In this document: positions 35,325 through 47,767 of the stretch, one piece after another
How positions within the stretch are numbered: the first letter of the stretch is position 1
Layout of the letters: each line of letters starts with the position of its first letter
Source of the DNA: Raillietiella orientalis
Taxonomy: Eukaryota
Length of the DNA: 64,000 nucleotides
Direction of reading: 5' to 3'
Assembly (NCBI GenBank): GCA_036172245.1
Contig: JAYWIR010000033.1
Span: forward strand, 496,001 to 560,000
The notes under the pieces: generated by a model
Databases searched by the model: none
Seen by the model: the letters and a program-made list of their open reading frames with translations, nothing else
What the model was told of the DNA's origin: nothing
Translations under genes and position numbers: made by a program

Positions 35325-38300
35325 ACTTGCTTCGCGGCTCAAAGTATTGTGCGCTCGACAACTTAATCAGTTAATTGTGCTCGTGTGTGCCCGGAGAGGG
35401 GAAGTTTTCCAGACAAAACTACAAAAGAAGCGCCGAGGTGATCGCGGCGGAAGACCTGCAGTGGTCCCGTGCAGCAAGACCAGCTGCCAGGATGCAGGCA
35501 CCTGGAGGAGGAGTGGAGAGACCGTCGTCCCCCATGGAAGCCATGGAGGTAACGTGCGGCAACGGCGAGGCGGTGGCAGGCATGCCGAGGATCGCGCCCG
35601 CGGCGAGCTTAGATGCGCCGGCGGTGGCGATGCCAAAGGTCGTGCCCGCGGCGACGACGGCGGAGGTCGTTCCCGCGGCGGGGAAGGTCGCGCCTGCGGC
35701 GGCGATGCCGAGGGTGCCGCCCGTGGCGGCAACGGTGGCGACGTCGAGGGTTGCGCTCGGAGCGGAGGCGTCCCAGGCAGGACCCGCGGGCGTCCACGCG
35801 GTTCAGGGCGACACGCCATCTTGTTCGGCTGCGGCGGCGCAGCCCTTTTCCTATGCGTCGGTGGCGACTGGACAAGCGAGTGTCCACCCACCAAAAAAAT
35901 TCGGAAAGCCGCTATGCGGTAAAGTCCAAAGGTGGATCGGCCGATCGTGGAGTTAGGGCTGAATGTGAAGCCCATCATTTTCAAGACTAAGCTGATCATG
36001 TTCAATAATATCAGGGAGGTGTATCTGTCCCTCGATAAAACGGACATGAATTTTGATCGCATACAGGCGATCATACCAGCAAACAACGGGTTCACAGTTT
36101 TCACAGACTTTGAAGAGATTAGAGAGCGATTGATCCAGAAGGGGATCAATATACAAGGGAGGATGGTTTGTGGTGTTGGCGAGATGCCATACACAACCGT
36201 GTTTCTGAACGGCATCTCCATCCTCACACCGCAACTAATGGTTTGGAGCTTTTTGGAGCAGTATGGGAAAGTTCTGGACCTTGAATTCCAGAACTTCTCT
36301 GAAAATATATTTTCTGGCGACATGACCGCCAAAATGAAGTTGAAAGAGGAAGCTGTAATCCCTGGATTAGCCGTTCTTGACGAACAATCCCAGGGAGTGA
36401 AAGTGCGTTACCGGCAACAACCGATATTCTGCACCGGTTACAAGCAGTTCGGCCACAGGGCCGGCGCTTGCCCAACGTGTCGTTGTTTCCGCTGCGGCAA
36501 AGTAGGACATCAAGTCCGAAACTGCCCGCAGCCGGAGGTGTGCTCCTTCTGCAAAAAACACGGACATGCCAAATGGAGCTGTCCGGAGTTTGCAAACTGC
36601 AGAAGGATTCGAGGTCTCTCTCCCGAGAGAGAGAGAAACACCAAGAAGGCGGAACAGCCTCAGAAGGCAGGAAGGCCAAAGAAGGTGAAAGAAGCCGTTT
36701 TGGTATCGGAAGACGGCTTCATACAGGTAAGGAAGAAAGGAAAGAGGAGGATACTCGTCAAGGAGCAAGAAACCCCTCTTATCCTACAAGGTGAAGAGCA
36801 AGAAAACGAGAAGATGGAGGTAGCGCAGGCAGGCCGGAAGAAGAAATAGCCGAAGCCACTCCGGTGTCGCAGGAGGCCCTGCAATCCTCGCAGGAGTTGA
36901 AATCACTGGCTAACGAAGTCCTAGAGGTGCAGAGCGGTCCCCAGCAAGAGAAAATCATGCACAAGATCTGCTCTGCACAAGACAACATCACATAGGTTGT
37001 GGAGGTCGCTGAACGCAAAAAGCTAGAGGAACAGCTTCTCGACGTAAATGCGAACTTCCGCGCCAAGGTCCAGATTAAGACGCTATCTCCAAAACTGATC
37101 GCGCGGGCAGAACACTCGACGGAGGAAGTGGAAGAAACCGACCTCACCTGAACAGAGAGTGACGCCGGCAGCGAGAAGCCCGCTGCTTCTTCATTGTCTG
37201 GAAGAGCACGCTCTTTCAGACAGAAGAAGCTCAGGAAGGCCAAGAAATAGGCTTCCCCTTTTATGGCCTCTTCTATATCGACCGCCAGGAGGCTAAACAT
37301 CGCCTCCTAAAATGTAAAAGGTATGGTCGACCAGGGAAAAAGAAAAAGGATTGTGCGGACCATCGCACAACAAGACATAGTGTGCCTGCAGGAGACCCAC
37401 AAGATGGGTCTTGAGATTAGTCAGCAAATGGAACGGCGATAAAACGGGCAGATTTTCGTCAGCGAGGGAGAACGGAACACGCAGGGTGTGGCGGTCCTAA
37501 TCAAGAACAACTTGGCCCCCACTATTCTGGAAGTGTTCTCTCCCCAACCCGGACGAATCATCGGCGTGCGACTGGCCTGGTCTTCTACTGTTTACCTTAT
37601 CCTGGTGAACGTGTACGGGCCGCACAGGCTAAAACATCGTTGTGCGGAGGCGCTGCATGCAGCACTCCGTGAAAAGGTTGCTTCCAAGGACGTCGTGATG
37701 GTTGCTGGCGATCTCAATATATTGGATGAGATCACTCACTCCGAAGACGCCAGAGGAAGGACGGCGTATCGGCGGTTATTTGAAGAGTTCGGACTGGTGT
37801 GGTGAACTACAAGTCACAAGCCGATCGATCACGTCCTGCACAGCACCGAACTTGGGAATCGCATCCAGGGTTTTCGAGACATTATGACCACGGTGTCCGA
37901 TCACCCCCTGCTGCGGTTTTCCCTAAGGAGGGAAAATCCTCGGCGAAGGCAAGGCACCAGGGCGGCGCTCATCAGCATGTTCGCCTGGTTTGAAACCCAT
38001 TCCGGACATCAGGCTGTCCTGGAGACGATTCTGAAGGCAACAACAATCCGAAAAGTAGCCGACTGGGACAGCCTGAAACACAGGATACACCTGTTTGCAA
38101 ACATGCAGTTTGAAAATAGGCGCTTGAGGCAGGAGGCGTACCGGGAGCTGAACATTTAAGATCGCTTACTCTCAAAGTACTTCGATCAGTGCGAGAGTCG
38201 GTACGTCTTGAAGAACCTAAAAGGGGAAGTCGGCGTGCTGGAGAAAAGAAATCTGGCAACAGATATCTTCTGCATCCAGTACGACGGTCAAAAGCCACAG

Positions 38301-40908
38301 TCGTCTGATGACATCGTGGACGTCTTTCAAAGGCATCACACGAAACACTTTTGGCGACAACATCTCTGTCGCTCTAGTCAACAGGCCTTTCTGAGCTACC
38401 TCGAGAAAAGGACCGACGATCTCCAGCGGAAAAGACTGGAGGAGGAATTCTCCGAAGACGAGGTGAAGACTGCGTTTGGTCAACTACGCAAGGACGTGGC
38501 AGCGGGCCCTAACAGCGTACCCATCACTCACTTTCAGCGGTACTTGCGTTTGTTCCACCAGTTGACCCTCTGCATCCGCGAAGAAGAAAGACTTCCACAG
38601 TTCTTCTACGAGAGTCGGATGAGATTGTTGCCAAAAGGAGGCGACCTCACGCAGGTCGCTCAATGGAGGCCAATCCCGATCCTGAACTCCGATGCCAAGT
38701 GGTTGGCGAAGATCTGGTCCAACCGCTTCGGCAAGGTCACGTCGACGTTCATCTCTCCGGTCCAAACGTGTGCAGTCCCTGGACGTCACATGTCGGACAA
38801 TGTCAAGTGTGCCCAGGCCACCGTCGGACTCAGCCGATACGTCGGCGAGAATCTGGCGCTGGTGTTCACTGACATGGAGAAGGCCTTCGACTCCATCGAC
38901 CATGGGATGCTGCTGATGGTTCTGGAGAAGCTAGGAATTCCGGAACACTTCAGCAACATGGTGAGGGTGGTACTCCAGAACAAGTACTGCCGAATCAAAA
39001 TCAACGGCCAGGAGACGGCAGCAATCCGGATGATACGGGGAGTCCGGCAGGGCGATTCGCTAAGTCCGATGCTGTTCGTCATCTACATGGAGGCGTTGTC
39101 GTCTTTTATCGAGAAGAGCGGACGACTGCAAGCCATAACAATCGATGGCCAGGGTCTTACCCATCTGGCATACGCTGATGATCTACTCTTCTTTATCAAG
39201 GGAGAGAGAAATCAACGAGAGTTTCTGGATGTGGTAGACCTGATGGATCAAGGACTCGGGCTAAAGATCAACGCCCAGAAAAGCCAGCTCTTGCCCGTTG
39301 GAATCCTCGATCTCTCCACTCTTGCGAAGAGAGGATTACGAACGGTGGACAAGGCCAAGTACCTGGGTGTCTACATTGGCGACGTCTCCGCGTCGAAGCT
39401 ATTGTGGACCGAGATCCTAGGGAAAACGGCCAAGGAAGCAGCCAAGTACACCCGAACGGACCTTCGAATGAAGCGAAACGCCAACATATGGAACGGAGTA
39501 CTCCTTCCAAAAGTGCTCTTCGGGGCGGCCTTCGCGAGGATGAACAAGGAAACCACGAAGGAGTTCGACAAGCTGCAGAGAAAAACACTGTGGGGCCACT
39601 ATCGCCCAAGAGTCCGACTAAAACCCCTGTGTCGTCCCAGGGAAGAAGGCGGTTCCGGGATGAAGTCGTTTGCACACTCCATAGAAATCGTGGATACGCG
39701 ACACATCCTCGACATTGCCACTCACTGGGATGACTGGCCGTATGCGGCGCACAGGGCCTACGCGTTGTTGTTGAACAACTCGAAAGGCCTGATGACTGCG
39801 CTGCTAGGCCGGGCAGGCGAATGGAAAAAAATCGACCCAACCTGGACGAAAAAGCAACGGCCGGTGCGAAAGCACAAAATCAAGATCGTGCCGAGAAGTA
39901 GGGAACTCTGGCAGGACGAGTCCATCCTGGTGATCCCTTGGATGCTTCCTGTCCCGCCGGACACGAGAAGCTGGATCCACCAGCGGTCCAGAGTTACCCT
40001 TCAACGAATCCAGGAGTGGAAACGAGGAGGGTACCTACATCACACTTGTATACTGAGGTATATAGAGATAATGTTTGGAAGGCTTGCCCACATGACCCGC
40101 GAGGTGTGGTTCAATCACAACGACTTTGCGTGGTCCAGGGTAACCAGAACAAACCTCCGAAGACTAATTCAAGAAGAACACAGTGAAATTAATGCCCTCC
40201 AGGAAGCCGCCGTTCGCTACGGGAGTGACCGGATCAACCTGTTAGCGATTGGCACGTCGCTCTGGAGGAGTGACCTTCCGCCGGGCACCCAGGATGACCT
40301 CCTGATGTTTTATCATGGAGGAATTCAGAGTGGGTCCCTATTGCAGCACTACACCGGAAGAAGGGAAGATCGAGACTGCACAGCATGTGGAGACATCGAC
40401 ACGAGACTTGACGTCTTGACGTGTCCCACATCGCTGCATGACTGGCTGATCCTGAAAAGGATCATCGGACTCACCACCAGGTCCGTAATGGAGATCCTCG
40501 CCGGGATGTTTCAGGGGGATGGTAATGTTCCCTGTTACAATCCCATGGTGAGGACGACCATCGCCCTCTTCATCACCGCCATACTTGTGCGGTGGTGGAA
40601 AATGAGGAAAGCCAGAAGAGCCGCACCACCGATGGAGATCCTACAAGGGCTCCTGAAGAGGGAAATCGGCATTAGAAACTGTGGGAAAATTCAAGCCTGG
40701 ACGTACCGATTCATCCTGAAGAGGATAGAAGACGACGCCCGGAACCAAACAGCAGGAAACCCACCATGAGTGCAGAACTTGTGAGAACCTAGGACTTCAT
40801 AGTGGTAAAAAAGTGCCAATGGTATGGATGAGATTGTAGTGTGAATGTTCTTATAGAAAAATTTTAGAAAAATAAATTCACCTCACCCCTCGTGGGGCTT
40901 GGGGAAAA
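35325..40908 (+). mobile_element. Family A LINE copy 1, full-length but defective (ORF1 about 35492-37250, ORF2 37263-40769)
   Basis: ORFs 35375..35956, 35932..36849, 37488..37805, 37884..38159 and 38208..40769; several stops in EN. Confidence 0.93.
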
Positions 40909-43900
40909 TTGCCGAGTCGGCGACGATTAATCAGTTGATTGTGCTCGTGTGTGCCCGGAGAGGGAAAGTTTCCAGACAAAACAACAAAAGAAGCGCCGAG
41001 GTTATCACGGCGGAAAACCTGCAGTTGTCCTGTGCAGCAATACCAGCTGCCAGGATGCAGGCACTTGGAGGAGGAGTGGAGAGACCGTCGTCTTCCATGG
41101 AAGCCATGGAGGTGACGTGCGGCAACGGCGAGGCGGTGGTAGGCATGCCGAAGATCGCGCCCGCGGCGGGCTTTGCTGCAGCGGCGGCGGCGATGCCAAG
41201 GGTCGTGCCCGCGGCGACGACGGCGGAGGTCGTGCCCGCGGCGCGACGCCGAGGATGGCGCCCGCGGCGGCAACGGCCGCTCCTGCGGCGGCGATGCCGA
41301 GGGTCCCGCCCGCGGCGGCGGCGGCAACATCGAGGGTTGCGCCCGCGGCGGCGTCCCAGGCGGGACCAGCGGGCGTCCATGCGGCGAAGGGAGCGCAAGA
41401 TGCGACGCCATCTTGCTCGGCTGCGACATCTCAGCCATTCTCTTACGCGTCGGTTGCGGCGGGACAAGTTAGTGTCCACCCGCCGAGGAAATTTGGGAAG
41501 CCCCTAAGGGAGAAAGTTGAAAGGGTGGACCGGCCGGTTGTCCAGCTAGGCCCGGAGGTCAAACCCATTATGTTTCGCACAGGGCTGATTAAGTTCAGCA
41601 ACATTTGGGAAGTGTATCTGTCCCTAGACAAGACCGATTTGGACTTTGATCGCATTCAGGCGATCATCCCCAACAACTCCGGATTCACAGTCTTTACAGA
41701 CTGTGAAAACATCAGGGAAACGTTGATCTTGAAAGGGATCAACATTCAAGGCAGGATGGTCTGTGGTGTCGGCGAGATGCCGTACACGACCGTCTATATG
41801 AGCGGTATTTCCATCTACACACCACAACTAACGGTGTGGAAATACCTTGAACAGTTTTCAGAAGTTCTCGACCACGAGTGCGAGAACTTCTCTGGAAAAA
41901 TCTTTTCTGGCGACATGATCGCCAAGATAAAGCTAAATAAAGGAGCGCAGATTCCCGAAATAGCCGTCATAGACGAACCATCCCACTGCGTAAATGTACG
42001 CTACAGGCAGCAACCGGTATTTTGCATTGGATGCAAGCAGTTTGGCCACAGGGCCGGCGCTTGCCCTACATCACGATGTTACCGCTGCGGCAAGATTGGG
42101 CACCAAGTCCGAAACTGCCCGAAACCGGAGGTTTGTTCCTTCTGCAAGAAGCACGGGCACGCTAAATGGAGCTGTCCGGAATTCGCTAATTGCAGAAGGA
42201 TCCGCGGACTCTCTCCCGTGAGAGAGAGGAATCTGAGGGAGGCGGAACAGACTCAAGAGATGGCAGGAAGGCCGAAGAAGATTAAGGAAGTCGTCCCGGT
42301 ATCGGCGGACGGCTTCATAGGAGTCGGAAAGAAGGGGAAGAGGAAGACGCTCGTCAAGAAGCAGGAAGCCTCTCTTACCCCAGAAGTAGCGGTGGAAGGC
42401 GAAAAAATAAGGACAGTCTAGAAGGAAGAGCAAGTAGCGGAAGAAGTCACTCCGGTGTCGCAGGAGGCCCTGCAGTCAACCGAGGAGTTGACAAAACTTG
42501 CCGAAGAAATGATGGAGGTGCAAAGCGGGCCCCAGCAGGTGCAAATCCTGCAGAAGATCTGCGATGCACAGGAAACTGTGAACCAAATGGTGGAGGTAGC
42601 TGAGCGAGAGAAGCTGGAGGAACAGCTTCTCGCAGTGAAGGCCAACTTCTGCGCCAAGGTTGAATTAGAGGCTCTATCTCGAAAAATGATCGCGCGTGCC
42701 GAACACTCTACGAAGGAAGCGGAAGTAACCGACCTCACCGGAACGGAGAGTGACGCGGCAAGTGATAAACCGGGTCCTTCTTCAACGTCTGGGAGATCAC
42801 GCTCTCCCAGACAGAAGAAACTCAGGATGGCCAAAAAGTAAATCTTCCCCTTTATGGCCTCATTCCTATCAAATGCCAGGAGGCTGAACATCTCCTCCTG
42901 GAACGTGAACGGTTTGATCGACCAGACCAAGAGGAAAAGAATTGTGCGGAGCATCGCACAACAAGACATCGTCTGCCTGCAGGAGACCCACAAGATGGGT
43001 CTCAAGATTAGTCAGCGGATAAAACGGCGTTTCAACGGGCATATGTTCGTCAGGGAGGAAGAACGGAACACGCAGGGTGTGGGGGGTCTTAATCAAGAAT
43101 TATTTGGCCCCTACTATCCTGGAACTGTTCTGTCCCCAACCAGGACGAATCATCGGCGTGCGACTGGCCTAGTCCTCAAATGATCACCTCATCCTGGTGA
43201 GCCTGTACGGGCCGCACAGGCTGAAACATCGCTGTGCGGAGGCGCTGCATGGAACACTCCGGGAAAAAGTCGCCCCCAAGGACGTCGTGATAGTTGCTGG
43301 CGATCTGAACATGTTGGATGAGATCACCCATTCACATGACGCCAGACGAAGGACGGCGTATTGGCGGCTATCCGAAGAGTTCGGACTGATGTGGCTAACG
43401 GCAAGCTATAAGCCGATCGATCACGTCCTGCGCAGCACCGAACTTGGGAATCGCATCCAAGGTTTTCGAGACATTATGACCACAATGTCCGATCACCCGA
43501 TAGTGCGTTTTTTTTTAAGGACGGAGAATCCTCGGCGAAAGCAAGGCACCATGGCAGCGCTCATCATCATGCCCTTCTGGCTCGAAACACATCCAGGACA
43601 TCATGAGGTCCTGGCGGCAATTCTCAAAGCGACAACAATTCGACGAGTCGCCAAATGGGACAGCCTGAAGCACAGGATACACCTGTTTGCAAACATGCAA
43701 TTTGGAGATAGACGATTGAGGCAGGAAGCGTACCGGGAGCTGGACATCCAAGATCGCTCACTCTCAAAGTACTTCGAGGAGTAGGAGAGTCGGTACGTCT
43801 TCCATAATGTAAAAGAGGAAGTCAGCGTGCTGGAGGAGAGGAATCTGGCAACAGATAACTTCTGCATTCAGTAGGACGGTCAAAAGCGACAGTGGTGTGA

Positions 43901-44172
43901 GGAAATCGAGGATGCCTTTCACGGACATTACACGAAACCCTTCAGGCGCCAACAACTCTGTCGCTCTAGTCAACAGGCCTTTTCGAGCTATCTCGAGAAG
44001 AGGACCGACGAACTCCACCGTAACAGACTGAAGGAGGAGTTCTCCGAAAACGAGGTGAAGACTGCTTTTGGACAACTGCGCAAGGATGTGGCGGCGGGCT
44101 CTGACAGTGTACCCATCACGCACTATCAGCGGTACCTGCACGCCTACCTGCGCTTGTTCCACCAGTTGACCC
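37682..44172. repeat. Right arm of the 6.5-kb inverted duplication
   Basis: Reverse complement of 21542..28032. Confidence 0.96.
38208..40769 (+). CDS. Open RT and C-terminal part of family A ORF2 (853 aa)
   Basis: Same RT motifs as 24945..27737, with only a few amino-acid differences. Confidence 0.9.
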   Translation: MKNLKGEVGVLEKRNLATDIFCIQYDGQKPQSSDDIVDVFQRHHTKHFWRQHLCRSSQQAFLSYLEKRTDDLQRKRLEEEFSEDEVKTAFGQLRKDVAAGPNSVPITHFQRYLRLFHQLTLCIREEERLPQFFYESRMRLLPKGGDLTQVAQWRPIPILNSDAKWLAKIWSNRFGKVTSTFISPVQTCAVPGRHMSDNVKCAQATVGLSRYVGENLALVFTDMEKAFDSIDHGMLLMVLEKLGIPEHFSNMVRVVLQNKYCRIKINGQETAAIRMIRGVRQGDSLSPMLFVIYMEALSSFIEKSGRLQAITIDGQGLTHLAYADDLLFFIKGERNQREFLDVVDLMDQGLGLKINAQKSQLLPVGILDLSTLAKRGLRTVDKAKYLGVYIGDVSASKLLWTEILGKTAKEAAKYTRTDLRMKRNANIWNGVLLPKVLFGAAFARMNKETTKEFDKLQRKTLWGHYRPRVRLKPLCRPREEGGSGMKSFAHSIEIVDTRHILDIATHWDDWPYAAHRAYALLLNNSKGLMTALLGRAGEWKKIDPTWTKKQRPVRKHKIKIVPRSRELWQDESILVIPWMLPVPPDTRSWIHQRSRVTLQRIQEWKRGGYLHHTCILRYIEIMFGRLAHMTREVWFNHNDFAWSRVTRTNLRRLIQEEHSEINALQEAAVRYGSDRINLLAIGTSLWRSDLPPGTQDDLLMFYHGGIQSGSLLQHYTGRREDRDCTACGDIDTRLDVLTCPTSLHDWLILKRIIGLTTRSVMEILAGMFQGDGNVPCYNPMVRTTIALFITAILVRWWKMRKARRAAPPMEILQGLLKREIGIRNCGKIQAWTYRFILKRIEDDARNQTAGNPP

Positions 44173-46404
44173 TCTGCATCCGGGAAGAAGGAAGACTACC
44201 TCAGTCCTTCTACGAGAGTCGGATGAGATTGCTGCCGAAAGGAGGCGACTCTACCCAGATCGCCCAATGGAGGCCAATCTCGATCCTAAACTCCGATGCC
44301 AAGTGGTTGGCGAAGATCTGGTCCAACCGCTTAGGCAAGGTCATGTCGAGGCTGATCTCTCCGGTCCAGACATGTGCAGTCCCTGGACGTCACATGTCGG
44401 ACAATGTCAAGTGTGCCCAGGCCACCGTCGGACTCAGTTGAAACGTCCGAGAGAACCCGGCGTTGGGGTTCACTGACATGGAGAATGCTTTCGACTCCAT
44501 CGAACATGGGATGCTGCTGAAGGTTCTCGAGATGTTAGGCCTTCCGGAACACTCCAGCAACTTCGTGAGGGTGGTACTTCAGAACCAGTACTGCCGAATC
44601 AAAATCAACGGCCAGGAGACGGCAGAAATCCGGATGGAACGGGGAGTCCGGCAGGGCGATCCGCAATGTCCGATGAGGTTCGTCATCTACATGGAGACGT
44701 TGTCGTCCTTTATCGAGAAGAGCGGACGACTGCAAGGCATAACAATCGAATGCCAGTGTCTTACCCATCTGGCATACGCTGATGATCTACTCTTCTTTAT
44801 TAAGCGAAAGAGAAATCAACAAGCGTTTCTGGATGTGGTAGACCTGATGGATCAAAGCCTGGTGCTAAAGATCAACGCCCAGAAAAGCCAGCTCTTGCAT
44901 GTTGGAATCCACGATCCCTCCGCTCTTGCGAAGAGAGGATTTTTAATGGTGGACAAGGCCAAGTACCTAGGTGTCTAAATTGGCGGCGTCTCCGCGTAGA
45001 AGCTATTGTGGATCGAGATCCTAGGGAAAACGGCCAAGGAAGCCGCCAAGAACACTTGAATGGACCTCGGAATGCAGCGAAAGGCCAACATATGGAACGG
45101 AGTACTTCTTCCAAAAGTGCTCTTCGGGGCGGCCTCCGCCAGGATGAACAAGGACACCACGAGGGAGTTCGACAAGCTTCGGAGAAAAACACTGTGGGGC
45201 CACTATCGCCCAAGACTCCGACTAAAACTCCTGTGTCGTCCCAGGGAAGAAGGCGGTTTGGGATGAAGTCGCTTGCACACTCCTTATAAATCATGGATAC
45301 GCGTCACATCCTGGACATTGCCACTCCTGCAATCTACACAAGAGTTGGCATCACTGGCTAATGAAGTCATAAAGGTGCAGAGCGGTCCCGAGAAAGAGAA
45401 AATCTTCCAGATGTTCTGCAATGCATAGAAGAAGGTTAATAAGGTTGTGGAGGTCACCGAGCGCGAGAACCTAGAGTAACAGCTTCTCCTAACAACGAAT
45501 CCAAGAGTGGAAACGAGGAGGGTACCTACATCACACTCGTATACTTAGGTATGTAGAAATGATGTAAGGAAGGTTTACCCACATGATCCGTGAGGTGTGG
45601 ATCAATCGCAACGACTTCGCGTGGTCCAGGGTATTCAAAACAAACCTCCAAAGATTAATTCGAGAAGAAGACCGTGACATCAGTGCCCTCCAGGAAGCCG
45701 CCGATCGCTACGGGAGTGACCGGATCAACCTGTTAGCGATTGGCACGTCGCTCTGGAGGAGTGACCTTCCGCCGGGCACCCAGGATGACCTCCTGATGTT
45801 TTATCATGGAGGAATTTAGAGTGGGTCCCGATTGCAGCACTACACCGGAAGAAGGGAAGATCGAGACTGCACAGCATGTGGAGACATCGACACGAGACTT
45901 GACGTCTTGACGTGTCCCACATTGCTGCATGACTGGCTGATCCAGAAAAGGATCATCGGACTTACGAACACATCCGTAATGGAGATCCTCAACGGGATGT
46001 TTCAGGGGGATGGTAATGTTCCCTGATACAATCTTATGGTGAGCACGACCATCGCCTTCTTCATCACCGCCATACTTGTGCAGTGGTGGAAAATGAGGAA
46101 AGCCAGAAGAGCCGCACCACCGATGGAGATCCCACAAGTGCTCCTGAAGAGGAAAATCTGCATTAGATACTGTGGGAAAATCAAAGCCTGGATGTACCGA
46201 TTTATCCTGAAGAGGATAGAAGACGACGCCCGGGACCAAACATCTGGAAACCCACCATTAGTGCAGAACTTGTGAGAACCCAAGGACTTCATAGTGGTAA
46301 AAAAAAGTGCTAATGGTCTGGATGAGATTTAAGTGTGAACGTTTTTATAGAAAAACCTTAAAAAAAAATAAATTTACCGCACCCCTCGTGGGGCTTGGGG
46401 AAAA
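40924..46404 (+). mobile_element. Family A LINE copy 2, head-to-tail after copy 1, defective (ORF1 about 41055-42841, ORF2 42854-46275)
   Basis: ORFs 40949..42421, 42455..42841, 42854..43183, 43197..43784, 44055..44441 and 44463..44978; many stops; same 3' UTR as copy 1. Confidence 0.93.
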
Positions 46405-47767
46405 CTGCCGAGTCGGCGATGGGGCGACTGCATGCAGCGTGCTTTTGCTTGTCGCGACGCTGCTTTTTACGGCTTTCGTAGCCTTTGTCGAGGGGCCGGC
46501 TCTGCAGTAGAGCTGTCCGGAACTCGAATGGGACAACGGAAAGGGGCAAGAAGTCTTCGCACTGTTGCGATCTTCTTGTTTTCCTACCTTTCCCTCCAGG
46601 GTGTCACCGAGATTTCCTGGTTCCTGGCTCGGAGAGGTGCCTGCGAGTTCGGCAGCGAGGGAGGGCACAGCACCCGTCAAACTCTCGCGCCCCTTTTTAA
46701 TTGGCTTCTTCGCCGTGACTTTCCCTTTTCGGGGCGTTGCGGGCGGGGATGCTTTCTTTTCATTCTCGGATCGCTCGTTGTTTTTTCCGATTTTTTGCGG
46801 ACGACGTTTTTTATTTGCCGCTGCGGCTTTTCGTGCAGTGGTCTCTTGAACCCGACGAATTTCCGCTGCGGCTCTTTTTCTTGCAAGTACCGGGTCCTTT
46901 TTGATCTCGTGCCCGGAATTTCTGCAATAGCGGTATCTTGGAGAGGGACACTCTTTAATTCGATGCCCATCCTTGCCGCACTGCTCGCACGCGTGAGTCT
47001 GGCCTATGAACCACAGGTGGACGACCGTGCTGCTTACCTGCAGCTGCTAAGGCACAACACGCCTGTTCCTGACGGTGATCAGCGCGGAGCCTTGTCCGAT
47101 GTGGACAGAGGAGAAATCCTTTAAAGGTTTCGGCCTCCTCCACAGGGCGTGCACGGTGGCGAACTTCGCCAGCACGCTAACAACATCGCGATCGGAGATT
47201 TCCGGTTCGATGTCGCACAACTGAACGACAAAAGAGTCGTCCATCGCGGTAGTTAGGACATCCTCGCCATTGATGGTCAACGGCGTAGGGAGAAGGCGCT
47301 GCACAAGTGCTGCGTCCTTGCACCGAATCTTCGTATATTCCATCCTGCCAGCAGACATTATGGCAAGGTGTTCCTCCTCGCGAACGCCGATCCGGACGAG
47401 CTCATCATTGAGCTCAAGACCGATTCTCCCGTCAAGGGGCCCCCTGAACTTATAACGGAGTGCAGGCATGTATGCTGATGACACATATGCCTGGAACTCC
47501 GCATCGCAGGGTCCTGGTCTTTAAGAGGTAACAGCGGCGTAACTCCTCACCAAGGGCGAGGAAACCATTACGGAGGATGCGGCCACTTCAAGTGCAGCTT
47601 AAGTGCATCCAGTGGCTTGCTTCTCCACACTATCCTGTGTACTGGCCATGTTGCACTATGCTACTTGGCAAATTGCACAGGAACACACAAGTGCGAGCGA
47701 AAACGCAGGCACAAAGTTGCCCGATCGTTGGCCTCGATAGACGCGGAAACACGTCTGCACTGTACGA

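Larger units (their letters stand above)
34430..47767 (-). mobile_element. Level-2 family B element, internally deleted (ORF2 largely lost), with ORF1 split by the family A dimer
   Basis: Terminal hairpin at 34430-34458; 5' motif GACGTGTTT at 47755-47747; ORF1 pieces 47047..47484, 46345..46680 and 35047..35253; flanks GCACAGGAGAT (34419) and GCGCAAGAGAT (47768). Confidence 0.75.

Noticed and set aside
40860..40960. U2 snRNA, tRNA or 5S fragment as the Tx1-type target
   Set aside because: No recognisable match by eye at this or other junctions. A covariance-model scan would be needed to exclude it fully.
35310..46419. Terminal motif copies as LTRs or DIRS-type split repeats
   Set aside because: Only 14-15 bp long, with no integrase or tyrosine recombinase; better explained as target duplications.
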